64,000 bases of DNA from Sphingomonadaceae bacterium. GTDB lineage: Bacteria; Pseudomonadota; Alphaproteobacteria; Sphingomonadales; Sphingomonadaceae. The stretch lies in the NCBI GenBank assembly GCA_030147805.1, contig JASBUR010000031.1, positions 99,518 to 163,517 on the forward strand, in the 5' to 3' direction. Every line of letters begins with the position of its first letter. Position 1 is the first letter of the stretch. Below are positions 1 to 8,377 of the stretch, piece after piece. Made by a program: the position numbers and the translations under genes. The notes under the pieces were generated by a model. It saw only the letters and a program-made list of their open reading frames with translations, did not search any database and was not told where the DNA came from.

Positions 1-1
1 G

Positions 2-1600
2 GGGCTGATCGGCACGGCGTTCCTCGCCTTCCTGCTGTTCACCTCGAACCCGTTCGAGCGGCTGTCGCCCGCCGCGCTCGACGGCAAGGAACTCAATCCG
101 CTGCTGCAGGACCCCGGCCTCGCGCTGCACCCGCCGCTGCTCTACTTCGGCTACGTCGGCTTCTCGGTGGCCTTCGCCTTCGCGGTCGCGGCGCTGATCG
201 AGGGGCGCGTCGACGCCGCCTGGGCGCGCTGGGTGCGGCCGTGGGTGCTCGCCGCCTGGACCAGCCTCACCGCCGGCATCGCGCTCGGCAGCTTCTGGGC
301 CTATTACGAGCTCGGCTGGGGCGGCTGGTGGTTCTGGGATCCGGTCGAGAACGCCTCGCTGATGCCGTGGCTGCTCGGCACCGCGCTTCTCCATTCGGCG
401 CTCGTCCTCGAGCGGCGCGGCGCGCTGATCAGCTGGACGATCCTGCTCGGCATCCTGACCTTCTCGCTCAGCCTCGTCGGCACCTTCCTCGTCCGCTCGG
501 GCATCCTGACCAGCGTCCATGCCTTTGCGGTCGACGCCGAACGCGGCGTGTTCATCCTGGCGATGATCATCGGCTTCACCGGCGCGGCGCTGGCGCTGTT
601 CGCCTGGCGCGCGCCGGCGATGAAGTCGGGGGCGATGTTCGCGCCGGTCAGCCGCGAGGCGGGGCTCACCGCCAACAATCTGTTCCTGATGGCCGCGACC
701 GCCACCGTCTTCCTCGGCACCTTCTATCCGGTGATCGTCGACGCGCTCAACGGCGACAAGATCTCGGTCGGGCCTCCCTTCTATGCGGTCACCTTCGTGC
801 CGATCGTGCTGCCGCTGCTGCTGCTGGTCAGTGTCGGGCCGATGCTGACGTGGAAGAGCGACCGGCTGCCGGCGCTGTGGCAGCGGCTGAAATGGCCGGC
901 GATCGCTTCGCTGCTGCTGTTCGCGGCCACCGTGGCGATCGCGGGCATCGGCTCGACGCTCGCCGCCTTCGGGCTCGGCCTCGGGCTGTGGCTGGTCGCC
1001 GGCGCGGTGGCGATCCTGGTGCGCCGGGCGCGCGTCGGGCAGGCGTCGGGCGACATCAGCTGGCGGCTGCTGCGCACCACGCCGCTCGCCGTCTACGGCA
1101 TGGTGCTGGCGCACGCCGGGCTCGGCTTCACCACCGCCGGCGTCAGCGCGATGAGCGCCTGGGAGACGTCGAAGGTCGTGGCCATGCAGCCGGGCGCCAC
1201 CGAGACGCTCGGCGACCTGCAGGTGACGCTCACCGGCATGCGCCTGCTGCAGGGCCCCAACTATCAGGCCGAGCAGGCGACCTTCCTGTTCCGCCGCGGC
1301 TCGCATCTGTTCGAGCTGTCGTCGGAGCGCCGCGTCTATCCGGTCAGCGGCTCGCAGACCACCGAGGCGGGCATCCATGTCGAGCTGCTGGGCAACACCT
1401 ATGTGGCGATCGGCGAACCGAGCGGCGACGGCGTCGTGGTGCGCGTCTACAATCATCCGCTCGTCGGCTGGATCTGGGCGGGGGCGCTGCTGATGTCGCT
1501 CGGCGGCGCGGTCTCGCTCGGCGATCGGCGTCTGCGCGTCGGCGTGCCGCAGCGCCGCGCGGCGGCGGCGCCCGTCGCGGCGATGGCGCCCGCCGAATGA
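2..1600 (+). CDS. ccmF: cytochrome c-type biogenesis heme lyase CcmF (5' end lies outside the window)
   Basis: Frame 2 is open from the window edge. The translation contains NPLLQDPGLALHPPLLYFGYVGF and the heme-handling WWD motif WGGWWFWDPVENASLMPWL. The protein is multi-TM and is followed by ccmG, ccmH and ccmI. Confidence 0.9.
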   Translation, partial: GLIGTAFLAFLLFTSNPFERLSPAALDGKELNPLLQDPGLALHPPLLYFGYVGFSVAFAFAVAALIEGRVDAAWARWVRPWVLAAWTSLTAGIALGSFWAYYELGWGGWWFWDPVENASLMPWLLGTALLHSALVLERRGALISWTILLGILTFSLSLVGTFLVRSGILTSVHAFAVDAERGVFILAMIIGFTGAALALFAWRAPAMKSGAMFAPVSREAGLTANNLFLMAATATVFLGTFYPVIVDALNGDKISVGPPFYAVTFVPIVLPLLLLVSVGPMLTWKSDRLPALWQRLKWPAIASLLLFAATVAIAGIGSTLAAFGLGLGLWLVAGAVAILVRRARVGQASGDISWRLLRTTPLAVYGMVLAHAGLGFTTAGVSAMSAWETSKVVAMQPGATETLGDLQVTLTGMRLLQGPNYQAEQATFLFRRGSHLFELSSERRVYPVSGSQTTEAGIHVELLGNTYVAIGEPSGDGVVVRVYNHPLVGWIWAGALLMSLGGAVSLGDRRLRVGVPQRRAAAAPVAAMAPAE

Positions 1601-2133
1601 GCCGCTGGCTGTTCCTGCTGCCGGTGATCATCTTCGCCGGCGTCGTGGCGGCGTTCGGCTACGGGCTGACGCGCGACCCGTCGAAACTGCCGTCGATGCT
1701 GATCGACCGGCCGCTGCCGGCGCTCGACCTGCCGGGACTGACCGAGGGCGCGCCGCGCCTGCAGAACGCGGCGTTCACGCGCGAGCCGGCGATGTTCAAC
1801 GTCTTCGCCTCCTGGTGCATGCCGTGCCGCGTCGAGCATCCGGTGCTGATGGACCTCGCCGCCAAGGGCGTGCCGATCTACGGGCTCAACTGGAAGGAAA
1901 AGGACGCCGCCGACGGCGCCGCGTGGATCGCCGAGTTCGGCAATCCCTATCGGGCGATCGGCAGCGACGTGTCGGGCCGCGCCGGCATCGACCTCGGCGT
2001 CACCGGCGTGCCCGAGACCTTCGTCGTCGATCGCGAGGGGCGCGTGCGCTACAAGCATATCGGGCCGATCAGCCCCGCCGACTATGAGGAGAAGATCGGG
2101 CCGCTGCTCGCCAAGCTGCGGGCCGAAGCATGA
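1597..2133 (+). CDS. ccmG: thiol:disulfide oxidoreductase CcmG/DsbE
   Basis: The ATG at 1597 overlaps the ccmF TGA (ATGA). It has an N-terminal membrane anchor (MSRWLFLLPVIIFAGVVAAF) and the thioredoxin-like active site FASWCMPC. Only the last 178 codons of track ORF 241..2133 look protein-like. Confidence 0.9.
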   Translation: MSRWLFLLPVIIFAGVVAAFGYGLTRDPSKLPSMLIDRPLPALDLPGLTEGAPRLQNAAFTREPAMFNVFASWCMPCRVEHPVLMDLAAKGVPIYGLNWKEKDAADGAAWIAEFGNPYRAIGSDVSGRAGIDLGVTGVPETFVVDREGRVRYKHIGPISPADYEEKIGPLLAKLRAEA

Positions 2134-2597
2134 GGCGGCTGCGGCTCCTGATGCTGGCGTCGCTGTTCGTCGCCGCCACCGCGGGCGCGGTGCTGCCCGA
2201 CGAGCAGCTCGCAGACCCGGCGCTCGAGGCGCGGGCGCGCGCGATCAGCAAGCAGCTGCGCTGTGTCGTCTGCCAGAACCAGTCGATCGACGATTCGGAC
2301 GCGCCGCTGGCGCGCGACCTGCGCGTCATCGTCCGCGAGCAGCTGTCGGCGGGCAAGAGCGACGAAGCGACGATGGATTTCGTCGTCGACCGCTATGGCC
2401 ATTTCGTGCTGTTGAAGCCGCCGTTCGAGCCGGCGACCTGGGCGCTGTGGCTGATGCCGCTGTTCGTGCTGCTGGCGGGCGGCATCGGCGTCGCGCGCTA
2501 TCTCGGCGGGCGGCAGCGCGCCGCGGCCGGCGGCGACGATCTCACCGCCGACGAGCGGGCGCGCGTCGATGCGCTGCTGCGCGATAGCGATCAATAA
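2130..2597 (+). CDS. ccmH: cytochrome c-type biogenesis protein CcmH
   Basis: ATGA overlap with ccmG. It has a signal peptide, the LRCVVCQNQSIDDSDAPLA (CxxC) motif and a C-terminal TM helix. Confidence 0.9.
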   Translation: MRRLRLLMLASLFVAATAGAVLPDEQLADPALEARARAISKQLRCVVCQNQSIDDSDAPLARDLRVIVREQLSAGKSDEATMDFVVDRYGHFVLLKPPFEPATWALWLMPLFVLLAGGIGVARYLGGRQRAAAGGDDLTADERARVDALLRDSDQ

Positions 2598-2610
2598 GGA
2601 TTAGCTGCCA

Positions 2611-3813
2611 ATGACCCTGTGGATCATCCTCACCGTCATGGTCGCGCTTGCCGTCGTCGGCGTGGCGATCCCGCTGGTACGCCGCTACGAAGCCGCCGCC
2701 GACGCGCGGTCGGCGACGCTGGCGGTGCTCAAGGACCAGCTCGGCGAGATCGACGGCCAGGAAAAGGCCGGCATTGCCAGCCCGGCCGAGGCCGAGGCGC
2801 TGCGCACCGAGCTGCGTCGCCGCATGCTGGCCGAGGCGCGCGAGCGCGGCGAGGTGGCGCGGCCCTATGGCGCGCAGAGCCTGGGGCGCTTCGCCTTCGC
2901 GATGGCGGCGGTCGTCGCGCTCGCCGCGACCGGACTCTACGCAATGATGGGCCGGCCCGACCTCACCGCGACGGCGACCCCTGCTGCGGCGGGCGCCGGC
3001 GCCGCGGCCGAGGGCGCCTCGGACATCGACGGGCTGATTCGCGGTCTCGAACAGAAGATGGCGGCCAATCCCGACGATCCCGAGGGCTGGCGCATGCTCG
3101 GCTGGTCCTACTTCCAGACCGGACGCTTCGCCGAATCGGCCAACGCCTATCGCCGCGCCGTGGCGATCGCCCCCAACGGACCCGGCTACCAATCGGCGTT
3201 CGGCGAGGCGCTGGTGCAGGCGGCGCAGGGATCGGTGACCCCCGAAGCGGCCACCGCCTTCGAAGCGGCGAAGGCGCTCGACCCCGCCGATGCGCGCGCG
3301 CGCTATTTCCTCGCGGTGCTCAAGGACCAGAAGGGCGACCGCGCCGCTGCGCTCGCCGACTGGATCGGGCTGCTCAACGAGGCGCCCGCCGACGCACCCT
3401 GGGCGCCCGACCTGCGCGCCTTCGTCGAGCGCATCGCCAAGGAGGACGGCATCGAGCTGGCTGGCCGGTTGAAGCCGGCCGCCGCCGCGCCGATCGCCGG
3501 GCCGATGCCGGCGCCCGCGGCCGGCGCCGCGCCGGGGCCGACCCCCGACGACGTCAAGGCGGCGATGGCGATGCCCGAGGGCGACCGCCAGGCGATGGTG
3601 CGCGGCATGGTCGACGGCCTTGCGGCGCGGCTGCAGGCGAGCCCGCGCGATGCGGACGGCTGGGTGCGCCTGATGCGCGCGCGCATGGTGCTCGGCGAAC
3701 CCGCGGCAGCGTCGGCGGCATTGAAGCAGGGCGTCGCGGCGTTCGGCGATTCGCCCGCCGAGCAGCAGAAGCTCCGTGACGCGGCGAAGTCATTGGGCGT
3801 GCCGGGAAGCTGA
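2611..3813 (+). CDS. ccmI: cytochrome c-type biogenesis protein CcmI/CycH (TPR-containing)
   Basis: N-terminal TM segments, an Ala/Pro-rich linker and TPR-like repeats (GWRMLGWSYFQTGRFAESANAYRRAV). It lies directly after ccmH. Confidence 0.75.
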   Translation: MTLWIILTVMVALAVVGVAIPLVRRYEAAADARSATLAVLKDQLGEIDGQEKAGIASPAEAEALRTELRRRMLAEARERGEVARPYGAQSLGRFAFAMAAVVALAATGLYAMMGRPDLTATATPAAAGAGAAAEGASDIDGLIRGLEQKMAANPDDPEGWRMLGWSYFQTGRFAESANAYRRAVAIAPNGPGYQSAFGEALVQAAQGSVTPEAATAFEAAKALDPADARARYFLAVLKDQKGDRAAALADWIGLLNEAPADAPWAPDLRAFVERIAKEDGIELAGRLKPAAAAPIAGPMPAPAAGAAPGPTPDDVKAAMAMPEGDRQAMVRGMVDGLAARLQASPRDADGWVRLMRARMVLGEPAAASAALKQGVAAFGDSPAEQQKLRDAAKSLGVPGS

Positions 3814-3847
3814 TAGCGGGCGCTGGCTGTCTGCGCTTCCGATTCAC

Positions 3848-3876
3848 ATCGTCATCCCCGCGAAGGCGGGAATCCG
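3848..3876. repeat. REP-like GC hairpin (family A: GTCATCCCCGCG-N-GCGGG), probable terminator between convergent ccmI and tpsB
   Basis: The sequence is cgtcatccccgcgaaggcgggaatcc. The same motif recurs at 35245, 40401, 40551 (inverted), 59832, 59986 (inverted) and, degenerate, at 63863. Confidence 0.5.
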
Positions 3877-3948
3877 TACGCTGCGCCTCTGGGAGATCGG
3901 TCCCCGCGTTCGCGCAGATGACGCTGATCGTATGGGTGAGGTTCCGGC

Positions 3949-5661
3949 CTAGAAACCGACCAGCGCGGTGACCGTGACGCGGGGGTCGCGCTGCGGCGAG
4001 GCGCCCGCGACGGTGCGCGTCGAATCGGCGAAGCGCAGGTCGACAAAGGCGCTCGAGAACAGCCCCAGCCGCGCGCCCGCGCCCCAGGACGCAACCGTCG
4101 TGCCGGTCTTGGGCGTCGTGCCATTGGCGAGCGACTGGACGCGGGCGCGATCGAGGAAGCCGTAGAGCTGGAGCGAGTTGACGCTTGGCTGCGTCGGCAG
4201 CCTGGCGTCGTAGCGGATCTCGGCGACGCCGCCGAGACCGCGGTCGCCGGCGACGATCGAGGGATCGTAGCCGCGGCCGATCGCGCCGCCGCCGAACGAG
4301 ATCTGTTCGCCCGACAGCAGGATGTCGCGCGTATACTGGCCCTGCATTGCCACCTGCGCGCTGAAGCGGCCGCCGAGCGGCTGCGTGCGCTGCGCGTTGA
4401 CGGTGACGCGGGTGAAGTCGGGCTCGAAGCCGCCGACCGACGGCAGCGCCGCGTCCGACTCCATCGAGCCGAGCCACGGCAGGCCGCGGAAGATCGCGAC
4501 CGCGGCGTTGGTCGAGCCGCCGAGCCAGCCCGCCTGCTGGAACACGAGGCCGAGCTCGGCGACGACGGTCTTGTCGAGGATGATGCGGACGTTCGCCGCC
4601 TCGGTGCGCGACCGGTTGGCCGAGATTCCCCCGTCGAGGAACAGCGAGGTCGGGCGGCTGCGGATCAGCGGATGGCGCACGCGCGCCGCCAGCGAGGTAA
4701 CGAAGCTTTCGATGTCGAGCGCGGCGACCGGCCCGCCCGGCTTGGCGAGCGCGACGAGCCCGCCGAGGCTGGCGACGGTGCCGGCGTGACCGAGCGGCTC
4801 GGCGTAGCGCAGGCTGAGCGAGCGCAGTTCCTCGAGATTGTCGCCGGCGCCCGACAGGCCGACGTCGAGCGCGCCGACGCGGCCGAACGGGCGCGTCAGC
4901 GTGGCGTTGGCGCCGACCGCCCAGGGGCCGAGCGAATCGGAGCCGGTGTTGTTGAGGCTGACGCTGTAGCTCGACGGCAGGTCGCTCACCGCCAGCGCCA
5001 GTTCCGACTGGCCGAGCTCGGCGCCCTGGCGCAGCACGCCGGCGCCCGCGATGCCGGGCAGGTCGTTGACGATGAGCAGCCGCCGCTCGAGCGCGTCGAG
5101 CGCGACCGGCTTCACGCCGACGATCGGCTGCATGAGCTTCTGCAGCCGCTCGCGCGTCGCCGCGTCGGGACTGTCGACGAACACCGCGCTGACATAGCCC
5201 TCGACGACGCGCACCGTCAGCACGCCGTCCTCGACCTGCTGCGGCGGGACGAAGACGCGCGTCAGGAAGTGGCCGTCGGCGCGGTATTTGGTCTCGAGCG
5301 CGGTCGCGGCCCGGCGCAGGTCCTCGAGCACGATCTTGCGGCCTTCGAGCGGCGCGAAGAAGGCGCGCACCTCGGCTTCGGGATAGCGCGTCGCGCCCTC
5401 GACGGCGATGCGCTGGATCTCGAACTCGATCTCGTCGACGGCGCGCGGCGTCGCGGCGCGCTCGGGCGACTGGATGCGAAGGTCGAATTCGGGCGTCTCG
5501 GGCAGCGGGTCGGGCACGCGGGCCCGCGAAATGTCCGCGGTGCTCGGGATCTGCGAGGGAACCTGCGCCAGCGCGGGAACGGCGGCGCCGGCGAGCAGCA
5601 GCAGCGTCAGCAGGCGCGCGGGGCGGCGCGCCGGGAAGGATGTCGAGGTCAAGCGGGGCAC
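3949..5661 (-). CDS. ShlB/FhaC/HecB-type two-partner-secretion outer-membrane transporter (TpsB)
   Basis: The GTG at 5661 lies 5 nt after the upstream gene's TAG. Signal peptide ARLLTLLLLAGAAVPALAQV. POTRA-like region (IAVEGATRYPEAEVRAFFAPLEGRKIVLEDLRRAATALETKYRADGHFLTRVFVPPQQVEDGVLTVRVVEGY). The C-terminal part has beta-barrel-like composition and ends in ...TALVGF. The N-terminal 176 codons of track ORF 3949..6189 overlap the cyclase gene and look like junk. Confidence 0.85.
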   Translation of the reverse strand: MPRLTSTSFPARRPARLLTLLLLAGAAVPALAQVPSQIPSTADISRARVPDPLPETPEFDLRIQSPERAATPRAVDEIEFEIQRIAVEGATRYPEAEVRAFFAPLEGRKIVLEDLRRAATALETKYRADGHFLTRVFVPPQQVEDGVLTVRVVEGYVSAVFVDSPDAATRERLQKLMQPIVGVKPVALDALERRLLIVNDLPGIAGAGVLRQGAELGQSELALAVSDLPSSYSVSLNNTGSDSLGPWAVGANATLTRPFGRVGALDVGLSGAGDNLEELRSLSLRYAEPLGHAGTVASLGGLVALAKPGGPVAALDIESFVTSLAARVRHPLIRSRPTSLFLDGGISANRSRTEAANVRIILDKTVVAELGLVFQQAGWLGGSTNAAVAIFRGLPWLGSMESDAALPSVGGFEPDFTRVTVNAQRTQPLGGRFSAQVAMQGQYTRDILLSGEQISFGGGAIGRGYDPSIVAGDRGLGGVAEIRYDARLPTQPSVNSLQLYGFLDRARVQSLANGTTPKTGTTVASWGAGARLGLFSSAFVDLRFADSTRTVAGASPQRDPRVTVTALVGF

Positions 5662-5666
5662 CTGGG

Positions 5667-7637
5667 CTATTTGTCTTCCATCACGACGAGATTGGTGACC
5701 GTGCCCTTTTCCACGCGGGCGTGGTGGAAGGCGGTGATCGGATCGTCGGGATATTGCTTGTGGAGCGCGCGCACCGCAGCGGCGGCGTCGGGCGTGCCGA
5801 GCTTCAGCAGCTCGTAGGAGGCGGCATAGGCCTTGGCGAGGTCGGACTTGGCATCGTCCTCGCTGACCGGGCAATAGAGAGTCACCGGCTCGGTCTTGCC
5901 CTTGAGCACGATGTCGCCGATCGGGCGGAAGAACAGGTTCGGGCAGCGCTTGACCACCTCGTCGGTGCAGCAGATGCGCGTGCCGAAATATTTGTTCACG
6001 CCCTCGGTGCGCGCCGCGGTGTTGACGGTGTCGCCGAGCGCGGTGAAGTCCATCCGCGAATGCGAGCCGAAGTTGCCGATGGTGGCGACGCCGCAATGCA
6101 CGCCGATGCGCGTCACGCCGATCGGCACGCCCGCCTCGTTCTGGCGCTTGCGGAAGGCCTCGGCATAGACGTCGAGCTCGAGCGCGCACTTCACGGCGCG
6201 TTCGGCGTGATCCTCCTGCGGGATCGGCGCGTTGAAGATCGACATGATCGCGTCGCCGATGAACTTGTCGATCGTGCCTTCATATTTCAGGATGATGTCG
6301 CAGGCGCCGTCGAGATATTCATTGAGCACGTCGGACAATTGCTCCGACCCGAGGATCTCCGACAGCGTCGTGAAGCCGGCGATGTCGGTGAAGATGAAGG
6401 TCGCCTCGCGGCGGGTGCCCGAGATGCTGACCGAGCTCGGGTCCTTGACGAGCTGGCTGACGACCGCGGGCGAGACGTAGCGCGAGAAGGCGCCCTGCAC
6501 GAACTCGCGCTGCTTGCGCTCGGCCTTGCCGATCAGCGCGTCCATCATCCACAGCGACACCGCCAGCGCGAGCGTCGGCGCGAGCAGCGGCACCATCGGG
6601 AGGACGCCGGCGGCATAGCCGTACATCGCGGCGACCCAATAGGCGACGACGATCGCTGCGCCCAGCCCCATGTTGAAGGCGACGCCGCGCTTGAACAGGC
6701 TGATGACGACGCCCAGCGTCGCGAACAGCAGGCTGAAGCCGATGATTTCGGCCAGCGTCGGCTTGGCGGGTTTACGGCCCTCGAGATACTGGGCGATGCC
6801 GTGCGCCTGGACGAGAATTCCCGGCATCATCGCGTCGTCGCCGTCGGCATAGACCGCGAGCGGGGTGCGGTGACGGTCGGTCATCGACACGATCGCGCCG
6901 ACCAGCACGATCTTGTCGCGGAACCAGTCGTCGGGAAGATAGGCGGCGCCCATCGCCGGGTAGATCGGGAAGGCGGGCGATTCGGCATCGGGCCGCGCAC
7001 GCCAGGCGATCTCGACCTCCTGCTTGGTGCGCACCGGCTTTCCGGCGAGCTCGAGCGCCTTGTAGACGAAGCCGAGCGGCTCGTCCTTCTTGAGTCCGCC
7101 GGTATAGATGCGCCGCACGCTGCCGTCGAACGGATCGGTCAGCAGGTTGGCCGCGGCGCGCCGCTCGGGCGGCACGAAGGCGTTCATGTAGGCGAGCTGG
7201 TCCTCGTTCACGACATTCTCTTCGAGCGTGTAGCTGACGAAGAGCGGCGTCTCGAGGTCGCGGATCACCTGCGCGAGTTTCAGATCCTTCGCCTCCTCGG
7301 TCGGCTGGTCGAGGATGACGTCGAGCCCGATGACCTTCGCCCCCTTGTTCTGCAGCGCGACGAGCAGGTCGGCGAGGAAGCCGCGGTCGACGGGCGACCG
7401 GTAGGGGAATTGCGCCAGCGTCGCCTCGTCGAGCGCGACGACGACGATGTCCTTCGACGCGGGCTGCGCCGGCTGGATCGCGACGCGCAGGTCGTTGGCG
7501 GTATTGTCGAGGCTGGTGAGAAAGCTGAGATAGCGCACCCCCGCCACCGCGAGCGCGGCGGCGACGAACGCCACCGCGACATAGGTCGCGACCTTGCCGG
7601 CGGTTCCCGACAGCAGCTTGCCCCCCGGCAGCCTCAC
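5667..7637 (-). CDS. CHASE2 sensor domain-containing class III adenylate/guanylate cyclase
   Basis: GTG start in a GTGA overlap with the upstream stop. The layout is TM1 (VATYVAVAFVAAALAVAGV), a ~300-aa extracytoplasmic CHASE2-like region (IVVVALDEATLAQFPYRSPVDRGFLADLLVALQNKGAKVIGLDVILDQP), three TM helices, then a cyclase domain (EATFIFTDIAGFTTLSE, KFIGDAIMS, FTALGDTVNTAAR). Confidence 0.9.
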   Translation of the reverse strand: MRLPGGKLLSGTAGKVATYVAVAFVAAALAVAGVRYLSFLTSLDNTANDLRVAIQPAQPASKDIVVVALDEATLAQFPYRSPVDRGFLADLLVALQNKGAKVIGLDVILDQPTEEAKDLKLAQVIRDLETPLFVSYTLEENVVNEDQLAYMNAFVPPERRAAANLLTDPFDGSVRRIYTGGLKKDEPLGFVYKALELAGKPVRTKQEVEIAWRARPDAESPAFPIYPAMGAAYLPDDWFRDKIVLVGAIVSMTDRHRTPLAVYADGDDAMMPGILVQAHGIAQYLEGRKPAKPTLAEIIGFSLLFATLGVVISLFKRGVAFNMGLGAAIVVAYWVAAMYGYAAGVLPMVPLLAPTLALAVSLWMMDALIGKAERKQREFVQGAFSRYVSPAVVSQLVKDPSSVSISGTRREATFIFTDIAGFTTLSEILGSEQLSDVLNEYLDGACDIILKYEGTIDKFIGDAIMSIFNAPIPQEDHAERAVKCALELDVYAEAFRKRQNEAGVPIGVTRIGVHCGVATIGNFGSHSRMDFTALGDTVNTAARTEGVNKYFGTRICCTDEVVKRCPNLFFRPIGDIVLKGKTEPVTLYCPVSEDDAKSDLAKAYAASYELLKLGTPDAAAAVRALHKQYPDDPITAFHHARVEKGTVTNLVVMEDK

Positions 7638-8377
7638 TGTGCGGTGCTCGCGGTCGCGGCGCTCTGCGCGGTCTGCATGCGGCCGAGCAGCGCGTCGGCC
7701 TGCGGGATGCAGCCCTTTTCGAGCATCCACGAGGCGAGCACGAGATCGTCGCCGATATCGCGCGGGATGACGTTGACGCCGACCGCAATCTCCTGGCCGT
7801 CGCTGCGCACGATGAAGGTCGTCGTGCCGTCATATTTCTGCAGCGGCGGCGCCTTGAGCTGCGTCTGTCCCGGCGCCCAGGTGAAGTCGGCGCGCCACGA
7901 GCGGTCGATCGGGTAGACGGTGAACGCCTGCGCCGCGCCGCCGTCGGGACGCCACCAGATCGGCGCGGTTCCTTCGCGCAGGCAGCGCGGACCGGGTCGG
8001 CTGATGTCGATCAGCCACGGGTCGTCGAGCTTCACGGCGCCCGCTCCGGCGCGCACCGCCCCGATCGAGCTGGCGCGCGCGTTGCGCGTGCTGATCAGCG
8101 CCGCGAGCGCCTGCCGCGGGTCGGCGGCGCCACCGCCGGCGCCGCGCGAAGCCGGCGGGCCGCTGAACGGCCCGCGCAGCGCCACGGTCTTGCCGTCGGG
8201 GCCGATCAGCGTGAGCCGCTCGCCTTCCTTCAGCGACAGCGCGGCGCTGCTCTCGACGCTCATGCCGGGCTTGAGCGATCCGGCGCGGGCGTCGATGACG
8301 ATCATCTTCGCCGCCATCGCCGTCGCCGGCGCCAGCGCCAGCGCACCTGCCATCAGCCAGTTGTTCAGCCGGATCAT
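7634..8377 (-). CDS. secreted hypothetical protein (247 aa), family not recognised
   Basis: ATGA overlap with the CHAT gene stop. Signal peptide MIRLNNWLMAGALALAPATAMAA. GC3-rich codons and protein-like composition. It is bracketed by start-stop overlaps on both sides. Confidence 0.6.
   Translation of the reverse strand: MIRLNNWLMAGALALAPATAMAAKMIVIDARAGSLKPGMSVESSAALSLKEGERLTLIGPDGKTVALRGPFSGPPASRGAGGGAADPRQALAALISTRNARASSIGAVRAGAGAVKLDDPWLIDISRPGPRCLREGTAPIWWRPDGGAAQAFTVYPIDRSWRADFTWAPGQTQLKAPPLQKYDGTTTFIVRSDGQEIAVGVNVIPRDIGDDLVLASWMLEKGCIPQADALLGRMQTAQSAATASTAQ

Noticed and set aside
241-2133. A 630-aa ORF that looks like a large fusion protein spanning ccmF and ccmG.
   Set aside because: Only the last 178 codons, from the ATG at 1597, are protein-like (CcmG). 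The upstream part is an Arg-rich alternative frame of ccmF.
3949-6189. A 746-aa version of the TpsB transporter extending about 530 nt into the cyclase gene.
   Set aside because: The N-terminal extension is Arg/His-rich junk that overlaps the well-supported cyclase C-terminus. A GTG at 5661 followed directly by a signal peptide gives a standard 570-aa TpsB.
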